From the NCBI RefSeq assembly GCF_000195755.1, contig NC_002937.3, forward strand, positions 240,001 through 272,000: 32,000 bases of DNA, read 5' to 3'. Positions 23,799 through 30,665 of the stretch are shown here, piece after piece (position 1 is the first letter of the stretch; every line of letters starts with the position of its first letter). Source of the stretch: Nitratidesulfovibrio vulgaris str. Hildenborough. GTDB taxonomy: Bacteria; Desulfobacterota; Desulfovibrionia; Desulfovibrionales; Desulfovibrionaceae. The notes under the pieces are model-generated. The model had not been told where the DNA came from, searched no databases, and worked only from the letters and a program-made list of their open reading frames with translations. A program made the translations under genes and the position numbers.

Positions 23799-24329
23799 TT
23801 AGCCTTCGTGGTTGGTGCGTACCGAAAGGACTTTGTGCGCGTCTTCTTCGGTCAAATGATCATAACCGTCTTTGGAAAGGTCTTCCCAAACGGTCAGCAT
23901 TCGTTCGTATATGTGGACCATAGGCGCATGGCTGTTATGGTCTTTGGGCTTTGTCCACTTCAAGCTTTCGTACCGCGGTGAGCCATGGCTCCCTTGGAGG
24001 AAGAACTCCATATATGCAAAGTGGTCGTCTTCTGTGTTGCCGTCAAACCCGTCGAACAGCGCATTACTTGGGATGTTCTTCCCGTCGTCGACTCCAAGCA
24101 GCCGTTGAAGCCAGTCAAACATGTTAAGCGTGTTGCGGACGACATCAATTACATCACTCGAAGGTTCGTTTAATATGCTCGTATTAGTTATCCAGTAATA
24201 ATCTTCAAGGTAACCACGCTCTATGGCTTCCCTGCAAAGTTTATGGTTGTCGGCATTCTCAGCGTCAATGAGTTCCAATATTTGATGCTGATTTGCGATG
24301 ATGAGTCTTTCAACAGCTGTCAGTTTCAT
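23799..24329 (-). CDS. YfbU-family (UPF0304) protein
   Basis: By-eye alignment to E. coli YfbU: ERLIIANQHQILELIDAENADNH...AIERGY vs [23 protein letters not shown]...IIERGY; FDGFDGNTE..FAYMEFF vs FLGFDAATE..LGYVRFM; YERMLTVWEDL vs YQRMLNVWHAC. AAGGAG RBS. G+C is ~41% over 24121-24240 by hand count. Confidence 0.75.
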   Translation of the reverse strand: MKLTAVERLIIANQHQILELIDAENADNHKLCREAIERGYLEDYYWITNTSILNEPSSDVIDVVRNTLNMFDWLQRLLGVDDGKNIPSNALFDGFDGNTEDDHFAYMEFFLQGSHGSPRYESLKWTKPKDHNSHAPMVHIYERMLTVWEDLSKDGYDHLTEEDAHKVLSVRTNHEG

Positions 24330-24378
24330 ATGGAAGCTCCTTGAAGTTGAAGGTGCGTGCTCACTATGGAGCGGGCTG

Positions 24379-24402
24379 AAAAAAACCCCGCAATCACGGG
24401 GT
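24379..24402 (-). terminator. Rho-independent terminator downstream of the CI repressor gene
   Basis: The minus strand reads ACCCCG tgattg CGGGGT followed by TTTTTTT. It lies 12 nt after the repressor stop. Confidence 0.75.
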
Positions 24403-24413
24403 GCAGTCTACAC

Positions 24414-25106
24414 TTACAACCGTCTTCGAACGTAGATCACAGGGGCAATGGTGACCACCTGATCGCGCAACACATCAATGAAGAAGTTCCGGCGCACCCC
24501 TTGGGCGTCCGGGTCGAGCCATCCCTGCATGCGTAGATAACCCGCCCTCTCTCCCTCTCCCAAATACATCTTGATGGTCGCCATGTTATCGCGACGGACC
24601 ACGTAGACTGCATCGCCCTCCAGCACTGGCTGCTCGGGGTCGCAGTAGCAGATTTGCCCACTCGCGATGCCTGCGGGAACCATTGATTCACCCGCGGCTA
24701 CGACGGCCACCATCTTCTCTCCCATAATCAACGGCGACGCGCTCACCGCGATGCTGGTCTGCTGATTCCATCCTTCGACACCACATGAGGCCAGCCCCAT
24801 CATGGGGACGGCCCTCAGCCGCGGGGGGGCTGCGGACATGGTGGGAGGCTGTTGATGGTCGAACGGGTCGCCTTCGCCCGTAACGAGCCAGCGGTACGAG
24901 CAGCCGAACTTCTCCGCGATCACCGCGAGATCGCTTGCCGAGGGCCATTGGCCCTTCTCCCAATTCTGCGTCTTTCCTTGAGAAGCCCCAAGGCAGCGGG
25001 CAAGACCAAGTTTCGTTGCCCCAAAGTGGGTAACGTATTCAGACTTTAAAAAAATATCGCAAAGCATTTTATAGTGTTGCGACCAATCTTTGCCCTTTGT
25101 TTGCAT
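24414..25106 (-). CDS. CI-type prophage repressor (N-terminal HTH plus S24 LexA-like autopeptidase domain)
   Basis: HTH: ATKLGLARCLGASQGKTQNWEKG. S24 Ser motif GESMVP and a downstream Lys (TIKMY). It is divergent from a Cro-like gene. The first ATG is 25106, though the ORF opens at TTG 25118. No SD is present. Confidence 0.85.
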   Translation of the reverse strand: MQTKGKDWSQHYKMLCDIFLKSEYVTHFGATKLGLARCLGASQGKTQNWEKGQWPSASDLAVIAEKFGCSYRWLVTGEGDPFDHQQPPTMSAAPPRLRAVPMMGLASCGVEGWNQQTSIAVSASPLIMGEKMVAVVAAGESMVPAGIASGQICYCDPEQPVLEGDAVYVVRRDNMATIKMYLGEGERAGYLRMQGWLDPDAQGVRRNFFIDVLRDQVVTIAPVIYVRRRL

Positions 25107-25119
25107 ATAAAACCGCAAT

Positions 25120-25149
25120 AACAGTTGAGTAAACTGTTTTTAAAGTTTA
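25120..25149. promoter_or_regulatory. Operator-like overlapping dyads in the divergent CI/Cro control region
   Basis: AACAGTT-gagta-AACTGTT (25120-25138) overlaps TAAACT-N8-AGTTTA (25130-25149). The 86-bp intergenic region is AT-rich. Confidence 0.55.
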
Positions 25150-25192
25150 GAGCTAAAGCCAACGTACCCCTTTTCCACGAGAGGTTAGGTAA

Positions 25193-25480
25193 ATGGTTAA
25201 CAGAACCCCACAAGCGGCGCAATCCGCCTCCCTCGGGTTCACCGTGCCGCGCCCGGTCGCCCTCAAGACCTTTCTCCGTTCCGCTGGCTACCTGAATACC
25301 GATGTCGCTGAGATGTTCGGAGTCACGCCCGGGCGGGCCTCTGTCATTCTTGGCAGTGATGCATGCCCTGAAAAGTACCGTGACATCCTTCGCGGACTGC
25401 AGGTTCCCGAGGAGTTGCTTCCTCAGCGCAGCCCCGAGCGGCCCGGCCCTCAGCGGCGTCGCTCTGAAGCCGAGGCATAG
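25193..25480 (+). CDS. Cro-like / early-operon HTH regulator
   Basis: Divergent from the repressor, with GAGAGG RBS. HTH candidate LNTDVAEMFGVTPGRASVIL. The C-terminal tail is basic and disordered. Confidence 0.55.
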   Translation: MVNRTPQAAQSASLGFTVPRPVALKTFLRSAGYLNTDVAEMFGVTPGRASVILGSDACPEKYRDILRGLQVPEELLPQRSPERPGPQRRRSEAEA

Positions 25481-25538
25481 GCCAAGTCGACTCTACTGCC
25501 CTGCATAAGCTGAACGCGAAAGTACACGAGAATCTAAT

Positions 25539-25769
25539 ATGTCAACTCTCATTCCCCCTCATGGTCATCATTCAGACAGAACGGAGAACCCGATGCAGCA
25601 GCGCCCCCAAGATCTGCCTTCGGTCGAGGACCTCCTCGCAGGAAAGCATCCCGACTTTATCGCGACGTATGAAAATGCCTGCCCGGTTTTTTCGCGCTTC
25701 CTCTCCAACCCGGCCGACCCCTTTGGAGTGTATCAGCCTCCCAAGGGTGACGAGTTGGGCAACGATTAA
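25539..25769 (+). CDS. Hypothetical early protein (76 aa; alternative start ATG 25590 has a GGAG SD)
   Basis: ORF in the early operon orientation. No family recognised. Confidence 0.4.
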   Translation: MSTLIPPHGHHSDRTENPMQQRPQDLPSVEDLLAGKHPDFIATYENACPVFSRFLSNPADPFGVYQPPKGDELGND

Positions 25770-25801
25770 CCTGCTGTTGAGAATAGAGGGGCAACCATCT
25801 C

Positions 25802-26266
25802 ATGACCGAGCACGACTCCATCCTTGAAGTGTTGCAGGAAGACGTGAAGCGCGCACCCTCGGGTCGTAGCGCGTCGCAGATCTCCGCGCTCATGGGCAAG
25901 GGCTATTCAACGCTCATGAATGAACTGAACGGCTCCATACCGGGCCACAAGTTCGGCTTGTTGCAGCTCATTCCGCTCATGCAAGCCACCGGGTCGACGC
26001 GCCCGCTCGACTACCTGTGCGGGGCCATGGGGTGCGTCTGCCTGTCTCTGCCAGCAGGATTGCGGCCCTTGGCCAGCGCAGAGCGTGACGCCATACGAGC
26101 CGTGCGCGAGTTCGGAGAACTCATGGCCACGCTCGGCGATGCGCTTGGTGATGGCTCCATCAGTGCCGAAGAGGGACGTCGCATCAAGGCCGATGGGTAT
26201 GAAGCCTTGCGGGCCATCATCGCTATCGTCAGCCGGGCAGAAGAGGCAGAGCGCGTTCGCTCGTAG
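25802..26266 (+). CDS. Phage regulatory protein CII (CP76 / phage 186 CII-like family)
   Basis: QISALMGKGYSTLMNELNGSIPGHKFGLLQLIPLMQATGSTRPLDYL...REFGELMATLGDALGDGSIS parallels 186 CII (LRNKLNPEQPHQFTPPELWLLTDLT...LGELASGAVSDERL). Confidence 0.6.
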   Translation: MTEHDSILEVLQEDVKRAPSGRSASQISALMGKGYSTLMNELNGSIPGHKFGLLQLIPLMQATGSTRPLDYLCGAMGCVCLSLPAGLRPLASAERDAIRAVREFGELMATLGDALGDGSISAEEGRRIKADGYEALRAIIAIVSRAEEAERVRS

Positions 26267-26346
26267 ATCTCGGGGTAGCGGCGGATGCCGTGAACATAGT
26301 GGCGCGGTATCCCCCGGTATCACGACAGTAAGGCAAGGAGGAGACC

Positions 26347-26571
26347 ATGCGGATGCATCCCTCGGCAGTGCTCGCAGAAAGGGCTCATGCGATCTTGCGG
26401 CAACTCGACGAACTCTTTGACGCGCGGGGAGTCACACAGGCCGACAAGGCCGCGCTGGTGCCAGCTAGGCTTGCTGTGCGCCGCGTGCGGGATAGGCACA
26501 GGTCAAAATGCAGCCCCATGGGCAACCTTACCCCGGAGAGTTCCGCGATGGAGGAGTGCCATGATGTCTGA
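26347..26571 (+). CDS. Hypothetical early protein (74 aa)
   Basis: Strong AAGGAGGAG RBS. No family recognised. Confidence 0.5.
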   Translation: MRMHPSAVLAERAHAILRQLDELFDARGVTQADKAALVPARLAVRRVRDRHRSKCSPMGNLTPESSAMEECHDV

Positions 26572-26812
26572 TGCCCAAGCAGATGCATGGTTTGTGCGAG
26601 GCATGGCGACTGCAGCGGCCTACATCGCAGAGGAAGGCGAAGACGTCTTGGCTTTTGAAGTGTTGCTGCAACATGGCTACCAGTGGAGCGACTTAATCGA
26701 GGCTGGGGTTGACAATTACGACCTCAAGCGCCTCGCAGCGGGTATCGGCCAGAGTGGCATGCGCAAGCTGGGCTTCAAGAAAGGGTGCAGGGGCGGTGGC
26801 CGCGATGCCTGA
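26561..26812 (+). CDS. Hypothetical early protein (83 aa)
   Basis: GGAGGAG RBS. The start overlaps the upstream gene's end. No family recognised. Confidence 0.5.
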   Translation: MMSDAQADAWFVRGMATAAAYIAEEGEDVLAFEVLLQHGYQWSDLIEAGVDNYDLKRLAAGIGQSGMRKLGFKKGCRGGGRDA

Positions 26813-26903
26813 TGCCGACTTGTGGCTGTGGGGACCGTTGGTTGTGTGCTCCACATTGGCCGCATGGTGTGGCGTCATGGCGTGGCGGCATCGGAAGCGA
26901 TAG
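26805..26903 (+). CDS. Possible small membrane peptide (32 aa)
   Basis: The ATG overlaps the previous stop. One hydrophobic helix (LWLWGPLVVCSTLAAWCGVMAW) is followed by RHRKR. Confidence 0.3.
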   Translation: MPDADLWLWGPLVVCSTLAAWCGVMAWRHRKR

Positions 26904-26954
26904 CAGCACTAGTACAAGGCGGCTCTAGCCTGACCTTCAGCCAAAGGACGAACA

Positions 26955-27194
26955 ATGAAAGGTAAGAAATTCCATCTGTCTGTGGCGATTGACTATCTCT
27001 TGGATGAATACCTGTTCCCCGATGAAAAGCTCGCGGGAAAGTTCCTGCGGGACGGCGTGCCGATGAGTGCTTCGGATGTTCGCGAGTTCCTCCGCGAGGA
27101 GAAGGCGGCAGGGAAGAAGCTTTTTCCTCTCAAGCCCTGTGATCGATTCGACCCCTATGAAAAAGGGTGCCTTGGTCACGAAATCGATATCTAG
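26955..27194 (+). CDS. Hypothetical early protein (79 aa)
   Basis: Plus-strand ORF syntenic with the operon. An antisense 100-aa ORF (26937-27239) also exists but has no supporting context. Confidence 0.45.
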   Translation: MKGKKFHLSVAIDYLLDEYLFPDEKLAGKFLRDGVPMSASDVREFLREEKAAGKKLFPLKPCDRFDPYEKGCLGHEIDI

Positions 27195-27202
27195 GAGTCC
27201 CC

Positions 27203-27985
27203 ATGGACGCCCACTGCTCTCTACTAGGCCGCCCGGCAAGCGATACAGACTGTAGCAACGCGGTCTGCGCTGCCTCTCCGGAGCAACTCGCCCACTGCAA
27301 AGGGTGCGCTAGGGGGCAGCAACTGGCTGCGTCAGCAACACGCTTCCGCCGGGTACCCTTGGCAGTCAATCAGACGATGTTGGTGATGGAGGATGACATG
27401 GCATCAAAAGGAACATGCAAGGCTTGCGGTCGTGAGGCACCGCTTCCGGCTCGTGGCCTTTGTTGGTCGTGCTACACCGCATATCGGAAGGGAGAGGTGG
27501 TAGACACCCATGAACGCGCGCCTTCTCCTTCTGCTCTAAAAGACACCTCGGCCGCCCAGTCCGCTCCCGCAGTTCCTGCGGAATGTGGTGATGATGTCGC
27601 TGTCGTTCCGAAGGGGGCAATCATCATCGGTGGACGAACGTTCATGGCGGTACAGACACCCCCCAGCATCGAAAAGGGAACTCCGCGCCTGTCCATTCGG
27701 AAGCGGAGATGCCGACTGAACAGGGCGGCCGTCAGGCTGCTGGGGGATGCATCTCATGTCGCGTTGTACTGGTCAGCGTCCACGCGCGAACTGGCCCTTG
27801 AGCCTCTTATGGAGGCGGTAAAGGGGAAGGCCTCACGAGTACGCAGGGCGGTGGACGTCAGCAAGGGAGCAGAGTTTTCCAACGCCGCGTTGGGCACACT
27901 CTTTCCGACGGCCCCTGCGGCTTTCGTCTTATCCCGCGAAGGGAGCTACATCGTCGGGCGCGAGCACAACAAGGAGTCATCATGA
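27203..27985 (+). CDS. Cys-rich hypothetical protein (260 aa) with zinc-ribbon-like CxxC...CxxC motifs
   Basis: AGGAG lies 5 nt upstream of ATG 27203. N-terminal Cys cluster (C..C....C....CxxC) and CKACGREAPLPARGLCWSCY. The C-terminal half is unassigned. Confidence 0.55.
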   Translation: MDAHCSLLGRPASDTDCSNAVCAASPEQLAHCKGCARGQQLAASATRFRRVPLAVNQTMLVMEDDMASKGTCKACGREAPLPARGLCWSCYTAYRKGEVVDTHERAPSPSALKDTSAAQSAPAVPAECGDDVAVVPKGAIIIGGRTFMAVQTPPSIEKGTPRLSIRKRRCRLNRAAVRLLGDASHVALYWSASTRELALEPLMEAVKGKASRVRRAVDVSKGAEFSNAALGTLFPTAPAAFVLSREGSYIVGREHNKESS

Positions 27986-28305
27986 CACAGAACACCCCCT
28001 ATATCGAAGGAGAGCGGCTCTACAGGGCGTTCTTCAGGCGCGGGAGCGATGGTCTACACATCGTCGAGGGGCACGTCATCATCAGCAACGAGTCACGATT
28101 CGTGGTGCGGTGCCGTGGCAGTGAAGAGAGCCATGCCCAGACAGCGCCTGCCGGGTGGCATCGCTCCCGGGTGGAAGCACTGGACCACCTGACGCGCGGT
28201 CTTGAGATCACACGGCGCAGGGTGGAGGCAGACGGGCTCGTCCTGAAGGCGAAGATCCAGCATACGCACGCGCTCCGCGAGAGTATTCAGCAGGAGGGCA
28301 TGTAG
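27982..28305 (+). CDS. Hypothetical early protein (107 aa)
   Basis: AAGGAG RBS with ATGA coupling to the upstream gene. Confidence 0.55.
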   Translation: MTQNTPYIEGERLYRAFFRRGSDGLHIVEGHVIISNESRFVVRCRGSEESHAQTAPAGWHRSRVEALDHLTRGLEITRRRVEADGLVLKAKIQHTHALRESIQQEGM

Positions 28306-28307
28306 GC

Positions 28308-28871
28308 ATGTATGCACAGATGATTCGTGATCGTCTCAACGATGCCTTCGAACGCGCCGTGCGCGACTGCTCGAAGCGTGTCAGCACTGAATGGGGTGAT
28401 GGAGTCCTTTTCGCTGGTGATGGCCTAGACCGATTCCCCGCGATGCTGGGGGAGGAAATCGGAGCCATCCTTGCAGAGCTTCGGGCCTCGCGGGCGGCGA
28501 CTTTTGTTGCGGCCAAGGTGCCTATGCCGGGCGAGGCCTCCGACGCGACGGTGGACGCTCTCGTCGCCCCCCCTGTGCGTAAGAAAGATTGGCCCGGCTG
28601 CTCCATCATCATGATGGCCGACGAACCCTCTGGACGATTCAAAGAGGGCTCGCGCTTGCTCGTCACACGCCGCATGCACTCGCGGGACACCATGCACACA
28701 GCACAGGACATCTCGTCATGGGATACCCGCGTGCTCAAGGTCGAGGGGCGCTGCCCCACCTGCTACGCCCTGCACGCTGCCTACATCCCCGAGCACTGGA
28801 TAGCCGATGGCAAGGCGGTGTTCGTTCAACGGCACGGCGCTGCAGCAGAGAGGGATACCGATGAACGCTAA
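28308..28871 (+). CDS. Hypothetical early protein (187 aa)
   Basis: Follows the previous stop by 2 nt. No family recognised. Confidence 0.55.
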   Translation: MYAQMIRDRLNDAFERAVRDCSKRVSTEWGDGVLFAGDGLDRFPAMLGEEIGAILAELRASRAATFVAAKVPMPGEASDATVDALVAPPVRKKDWPGCSIIMMADEPSGRFKEGSRLLVTRRMHSRDTMHTAQDISSWDTRVLKVEGRCPTCYALHAAYIPEHWIADGKAVFVQRHGAAAERDTDER

Positions 28872-29286
28872 CCATATCCTCTCCATCCAGCGGGCTGGCA
28901 ATGGCCTGATTGTCCATGAGAATGATGCGTGCCAAGTGTACGAGACCCGTCAACACCGTGCGACCGCGATGCGCGAGATGCTGCAGCGCATAGCGGCGGT
29001 CGTGGTCAATACAATGGAGACGACCAAGCTGGACGTGCGAATTGAGGTACGGGACAGGACGACAGGAGAGGAAGCAGAGACCAGCCCACCCAGCCTGTGG
29101 CTGTCCCCTGACGATGTGGAACGTGAATACAACCTGCCACAGCGTTATCTGGAACAGCTGCGGCGCGATAATATCGGCCCGCGTTACTCCAAGCCGACAG
29201 CGAAGCAGGTGCGCTACAGGCGTTCCGACGTCGAGGATTGGCTCACAAACGCCTACCAGCCGACGCAGGATCAACCGTGCAGCTAG
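28861..29286 (+). CDS. xis: Excisionase-type HTH protein (C-terminal AlpA/Xis-like domain)
   Basis: The C-terminus (LSPDDVEREYNLPQRYLEQLRRDNIGPRYSKPTAKQVRYRRSDVEDWL) is a typical Xis/AlpA wHTH. It is convergent with and adjacent to the integrase. Confidence 0.6.
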   Translation: MNANHILSIQRAGNGLIVHENDACQVYETRQHRATAMREMLQRIAAVVVNTMETTKLDVRIEVRDRTTGEEAETSPPSLWLSPDDVEREYNLPQRYLEQLRRDNIGPRYSKPTAKQVRYRRSDVEDWLTNAYQPTQDQPCS

Positions 29287-30431
29287 TTATTGCTCGCGTT
29301 GGCCAGCGCTTGGCCTACAATGCTCAACTTCTCTCGTTGCTGGGAGGGGATGAGGTGCGCATACCTCAGGGTCATGCTGAGGGTCTTGTGACGCATCAGC
29401 CCCATGAGTTCCTGCAGCGTGACTTGACCAGACTGCGCCAGCCAAGAAGCGAAGGTGTGCCGCCACGTGTGAAACGTGATGCGTTGGCGGTCATCCGTAA
29501 TGCCGGCGTTGAGGCCCAGCCTTTCGACGGTGCGCGAAAACGTGGAGGATACTCGGCGTTGCCGGCGTCCATCGGCTGTGGGGAACAGGAGTTCCCCAGG
29601 GGCTCCCACAAACTCTGCCAGCATCTCGAAGATATCACCGTCAGCGTGGACCCTCGCCCGCTTGTGCTGCTTGTCAGTGAAGTTGATGAACCCCGTCGCA
29701 GGGGAGAGGCTCTGGCCAGTGAGGCCAAAGATCTCCGTTACCCGGAGACCAGTGCGCAACGAGAGCAAGCTCATGGCGTACAAGGGCCGAGAAGAGCGCT
29801 GCAGCGTAGCCAGCAGGGTCGTGGCCTCTTCAGGGGTGAAGAAGCGTTCACGGGCAGAGTCGACAGCGGGCATGCGATAGGCGCTCTCACGACGGGAGCT
29901 GAAGGGGTTGGCCCCTCTGTACCGTTGATCGCGGATAGCGCGGTATACGGCCCGACGTGCAAAGGCGACCAAGTGAACCACGCTCTGCTCAGACAGATGA
30001 TCAAGCAACCTGCCCGTGATCTCTGTGAGCATGGTGGATGTTACGGCCACCAAGGGCAGCGCATGGAGAAGCGGCCCCAAATGCTTGTCATAGTGAGCCC
30101 GAGCTTTGTCGGCCGAGGTCTTCTTCTCAGCCTTGGCCATTCGCATATAGTGCTCGACGGCATCCCCAACGGTGAACGACTCTGCATCGGCAATGGGCAG
30201 GCCCCGGCCCACGTCCCGGCAAATCTCCATGCGCTCAAGCAGGGCCGACTCGGGGGTCACTCCCTCGGAGGCCCAGCCAATCCGCTTCCAGTGCCCTTTA
30301 CCTTGGGCATCTTGGTACCAGATCGAGTAGCAGCGGTCTGGCTTCCCGCGAAGAGTACGAGATACGCTCTCGCGGTAGAAGACGCCCTTGTGCTTTGTCT
30401 TGATGTGTCGAGAGTTATTAGCCATGCCCAA
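29283..30431 (-). CDS. int: Tyrosine recombinase / phage integrase
   Basis: Catalytic-region motifs: LRVTEI (Arg), HTWRHTFASW (H-x-x-R), MRHKTLSMTLRYAHL (His, Tyr). It abuts the tRNA. The ORF opens at TTG 30431; the first ATG is at 30425. Confidence 0.9.
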   Translation of the reverse strand: MGMANNSRHIKTKHKGVFYRESVSRTLRGKPDRCYSIWYQDAQGKGHWKRIGWASEGVTPESALLERMEICRDVGRGLPIADAESFTVGDAVEHYMRMAKAEKKTSADKARAHYDKHLGPLLHALPLVAVTSTMLTEITGRLLDHLSEQSVVHLVAFARRAVYRAIRDQRYRGANPFSSRRESAYRMPAVDSARERFFTPEEATTLLATLQRSSRPLYAMSLLSLRTGLRVTEIFGLTGQSLSPATGFINFTDKQHKRARVHADGDIFEMLAEFVGAPGELLFPTADGRRQRRVSSTFSRTVERLGLNAGITDDRQRITFHTWRHTFASWLAQSGQVTLQELMGLMRHKTLSMTLRYAHLIPSQQREKLSIVGQALANASNN

Positions 30432-30479
30432 AGCTATCCAGTGGGGTCAAACCGGGCAAGCCAATTTACAATTGCTTTA

Positions 30480-30521
30480 CACAAAGAGAGAAGGGAGTCA
30501 CAGTCTAGTGCTGTAACTCCC
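30480..30521 (-). terminator. Stem-loop plus T-rich tract immediately downstream of tRNA-Lys (inside the prophage arm)
   Basis: The minus strand reads GGGAGTTACAG cactaga CTGTGACTCCC (11 bp, one mismatch) followed by TTCTCTCTTTGTG. It starts 10 nt after the tRNA CCA end. Confidence 0.55.
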
Positions 30522-30531
30522 TGTAATATCA

Positions 30532-30607
30532 TGGTGGGTCGTGCAGGATTCGAACCTGCGACTCTCTGCTTAAAAGGCAGGTACTCTACCGACTGAGTTA
30601 ACGACCC
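30532..30607 (-). tRNA. tRNA-Lys (anticodon UUU), CCA encoded
   Basis: The reverse complement folds as a cloverleaf: GGGTCGT/ACGACCC acceptor, ACTC/GAGT D-stem, anticodon loop CTTTTAA, GCAGG TTCGAAT CCTGC T-arm. The acceptor and T-arm match E. coli tRNA-Lys from memory. Confidence 0.95.
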
Positions 30608-30622
30608 CCGAAAGGTTCGGTC

Positions 30623-30651
30623 TTATATGCGCGGCGGTGTGCCACTGTCAA
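30623..30651 (-). promoter_or_regulatory. Putative sigma70 promoter for tRNA-Lys (TTGACA-17 nt-ATATAA)
   Basis: On the minus strand the consensus -35 is at 30651-30646 and the -10 at 30628-30623, about 15 nt upstream of the mature tRNA 5' end. Confidence 0.55.
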
Positions 30652-30665
30652 GCATTGAGGGCGCG

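Larger units (their letters stand above)
1..30531. mobile_element. Prophage (partial; left end outside window): lambda-like head/neck module plus Mu-like contractile tail, integrated at tRNA-Lys
   Basis: Uninterrupted terminase-to-tail-fibre morphogenesis genes, lysis genes, CI/Cro switch, xis and a tyrosine integrase abutting the 3' end of a tRNA. The att core probably overlaps the tRNA 3' half. Confidence 0.9.

Noticed and set aside
25120-25138. LexA/SOS box in the CI/Cro spacer
   Set aside because: The dyad is AACAG...CTGTT-like. It does not match the CTGT-N8-ACAG arrangement or any deltaproteobacterial LexA box I can recall. A phage operator is the simpler reading.
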